This document shows, in pieces, positions 59,899 through 60,170 of a DNA stretch of 60,170 bases; positions within the stretch are counted from its first letter, which is position 1, and every line of letters begins with the position of its first letter. The notes beneath the pieces are model-generated. The model saw only the letters and a program-made list of their open reading frames with translations, was not told the DNA's origin and did not search any database. The DNA comes from Nanobdellota archaeon (GTDB lineage: Archaea > Nanobdellota > Nanobdellia > Pacearchaeales > GW2011-AR1). Position numbers and translations under genes: made by a program. The stretch spans positions 1-60,170 of the forward strand of contig JAHIVP010000024.1 in NCBI GenBank assembly GCA_018816335.1. The letters run 5' to 3'.

Positions 59899-60170
59899 AT
59901 GAAAAACGATAAATACATAATGATAGGAATGGATGATGAGAGATCTGAACATGTAGCTGAAGTTATGAAAAATAAGACATGTAAAAAGATAATTGATTAT
60001 TTAGCTGATTATGGTGATTCTAGTGAGAATGATATTTCAAAAGGTTTAAGTGTTCCTATTAATACTATAGAGTATAATCTTCAGAAGTTAATTAAGGCTG
60101 GATTGGTTGAGAAAGCTAAGAAACATTTTTGGAGTGTAAAAGGGAGGAAGATTGATATATATAAATTGGC
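59899..60170 (+). CDS. ArsR-type winged-helix transcription regulator (5' part; runs off the window)
   Basis: ATG at 59899, open to the window end: MKNDKYIMIGMDDERSEHVAEVMKNKTCKKIIDYLADYGDSSENDISKGLSVPINTIEYNLQKLIKAGLVEK.. The pattern fits an ArsR/SmtB HTH. Confidence 0.6.
   Translation, partial: MKNDKYIMIGMDDERSEHVAEVMKNKTCKKIIDYLADYGDSSENDISKGLSVPINTIEYNLQKLIKAGLVEKAKKHFWSVKGRKIDIYKL

Noticed and set aside
1-60170. CRISPR array
   Set aside because: The PAL-C, PAL-K and GCE repeats are dispersed singly through intergenic and coding DNA. There is no run of regularly spaced identical repeats with unique spacers, and no cas-like genes were recognised.
1-60170. rRNA, SRP RNA and RNase P RNA genes
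   Set aside because: The GC-rich islands I could find are all accounted for by tRNAs, tRNA trailers and the repeat families. None has the length or the conserved motifs I know for these RNAs. A covariance-model scan would be needed to exclude them fully.

Overview
The window is a very AT-rich archaeal chromosome segment. Gene content looks like a small-genome DPANN-type archaeon. It carries TFB, TFE, aIF2-alpha, Nop10, Alba, a histone-fold protein, an Sm protein, tRNA-splicing endonuclease, Bud32, GINS, SRP54 and FtsY. It also carries ribosomal proteins S27e, S15, S3Ae, L44e, S8e and S17e, GlyRS, bacterial-type LeuRS and AlaRS, and 8 tRNA genes (one with an intron). No rRNA and no CRISPR array were seen.

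The strongest non-housekeeping signal is a diversity-generating-retroelement (DGR)-type repeat pair. An 88-nt stretch near the 3' end of the orphan gene 32700..33518 is repeated 456 nt downstream in non-coding DNA. I counted 16 mismatches, and every one lies at an adenine of the non-coding copy, which is rich in AAY codons. No reverse transcriptase is visible anywhere in the 60 kb.

Other notable structure:
- **C-tract palindromes (PAL-C):** a family of short palindromes whose loop is a C-tract (G-quadruplex motif on the opposite strand). All copies share one strand orientation, and two copies are read through in frame inside Bud32.
- **Second palindrome family (PAL-K):** core CTGCRCCTWCGCGCAG, inserted in frame in LeuRS and in a CYTH protein.
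- **GC-rich elements (GCE):** a 65-100 nt family that is homologous to inserts lying between four tRNA genes and displaced copies of their own 3' ends.
- **Orphan genes:** about 18 Lys-poor orphan genes, 17 of them on the + strand, wedged between housekeeping genes.
- **Surface proteins:** a pilin-signal protein followed by a gene for a ~2000-aa secreted Cys-rich protein.
- **Mobile or acquired DNA:** a HEPN/MNT cassette, an rve-type IS, and a GT2 gene flanked by inverted repeats whose codon style is atypical for this window.

All functional calls come from motif recognition by eye. Nothing was searched against a database.
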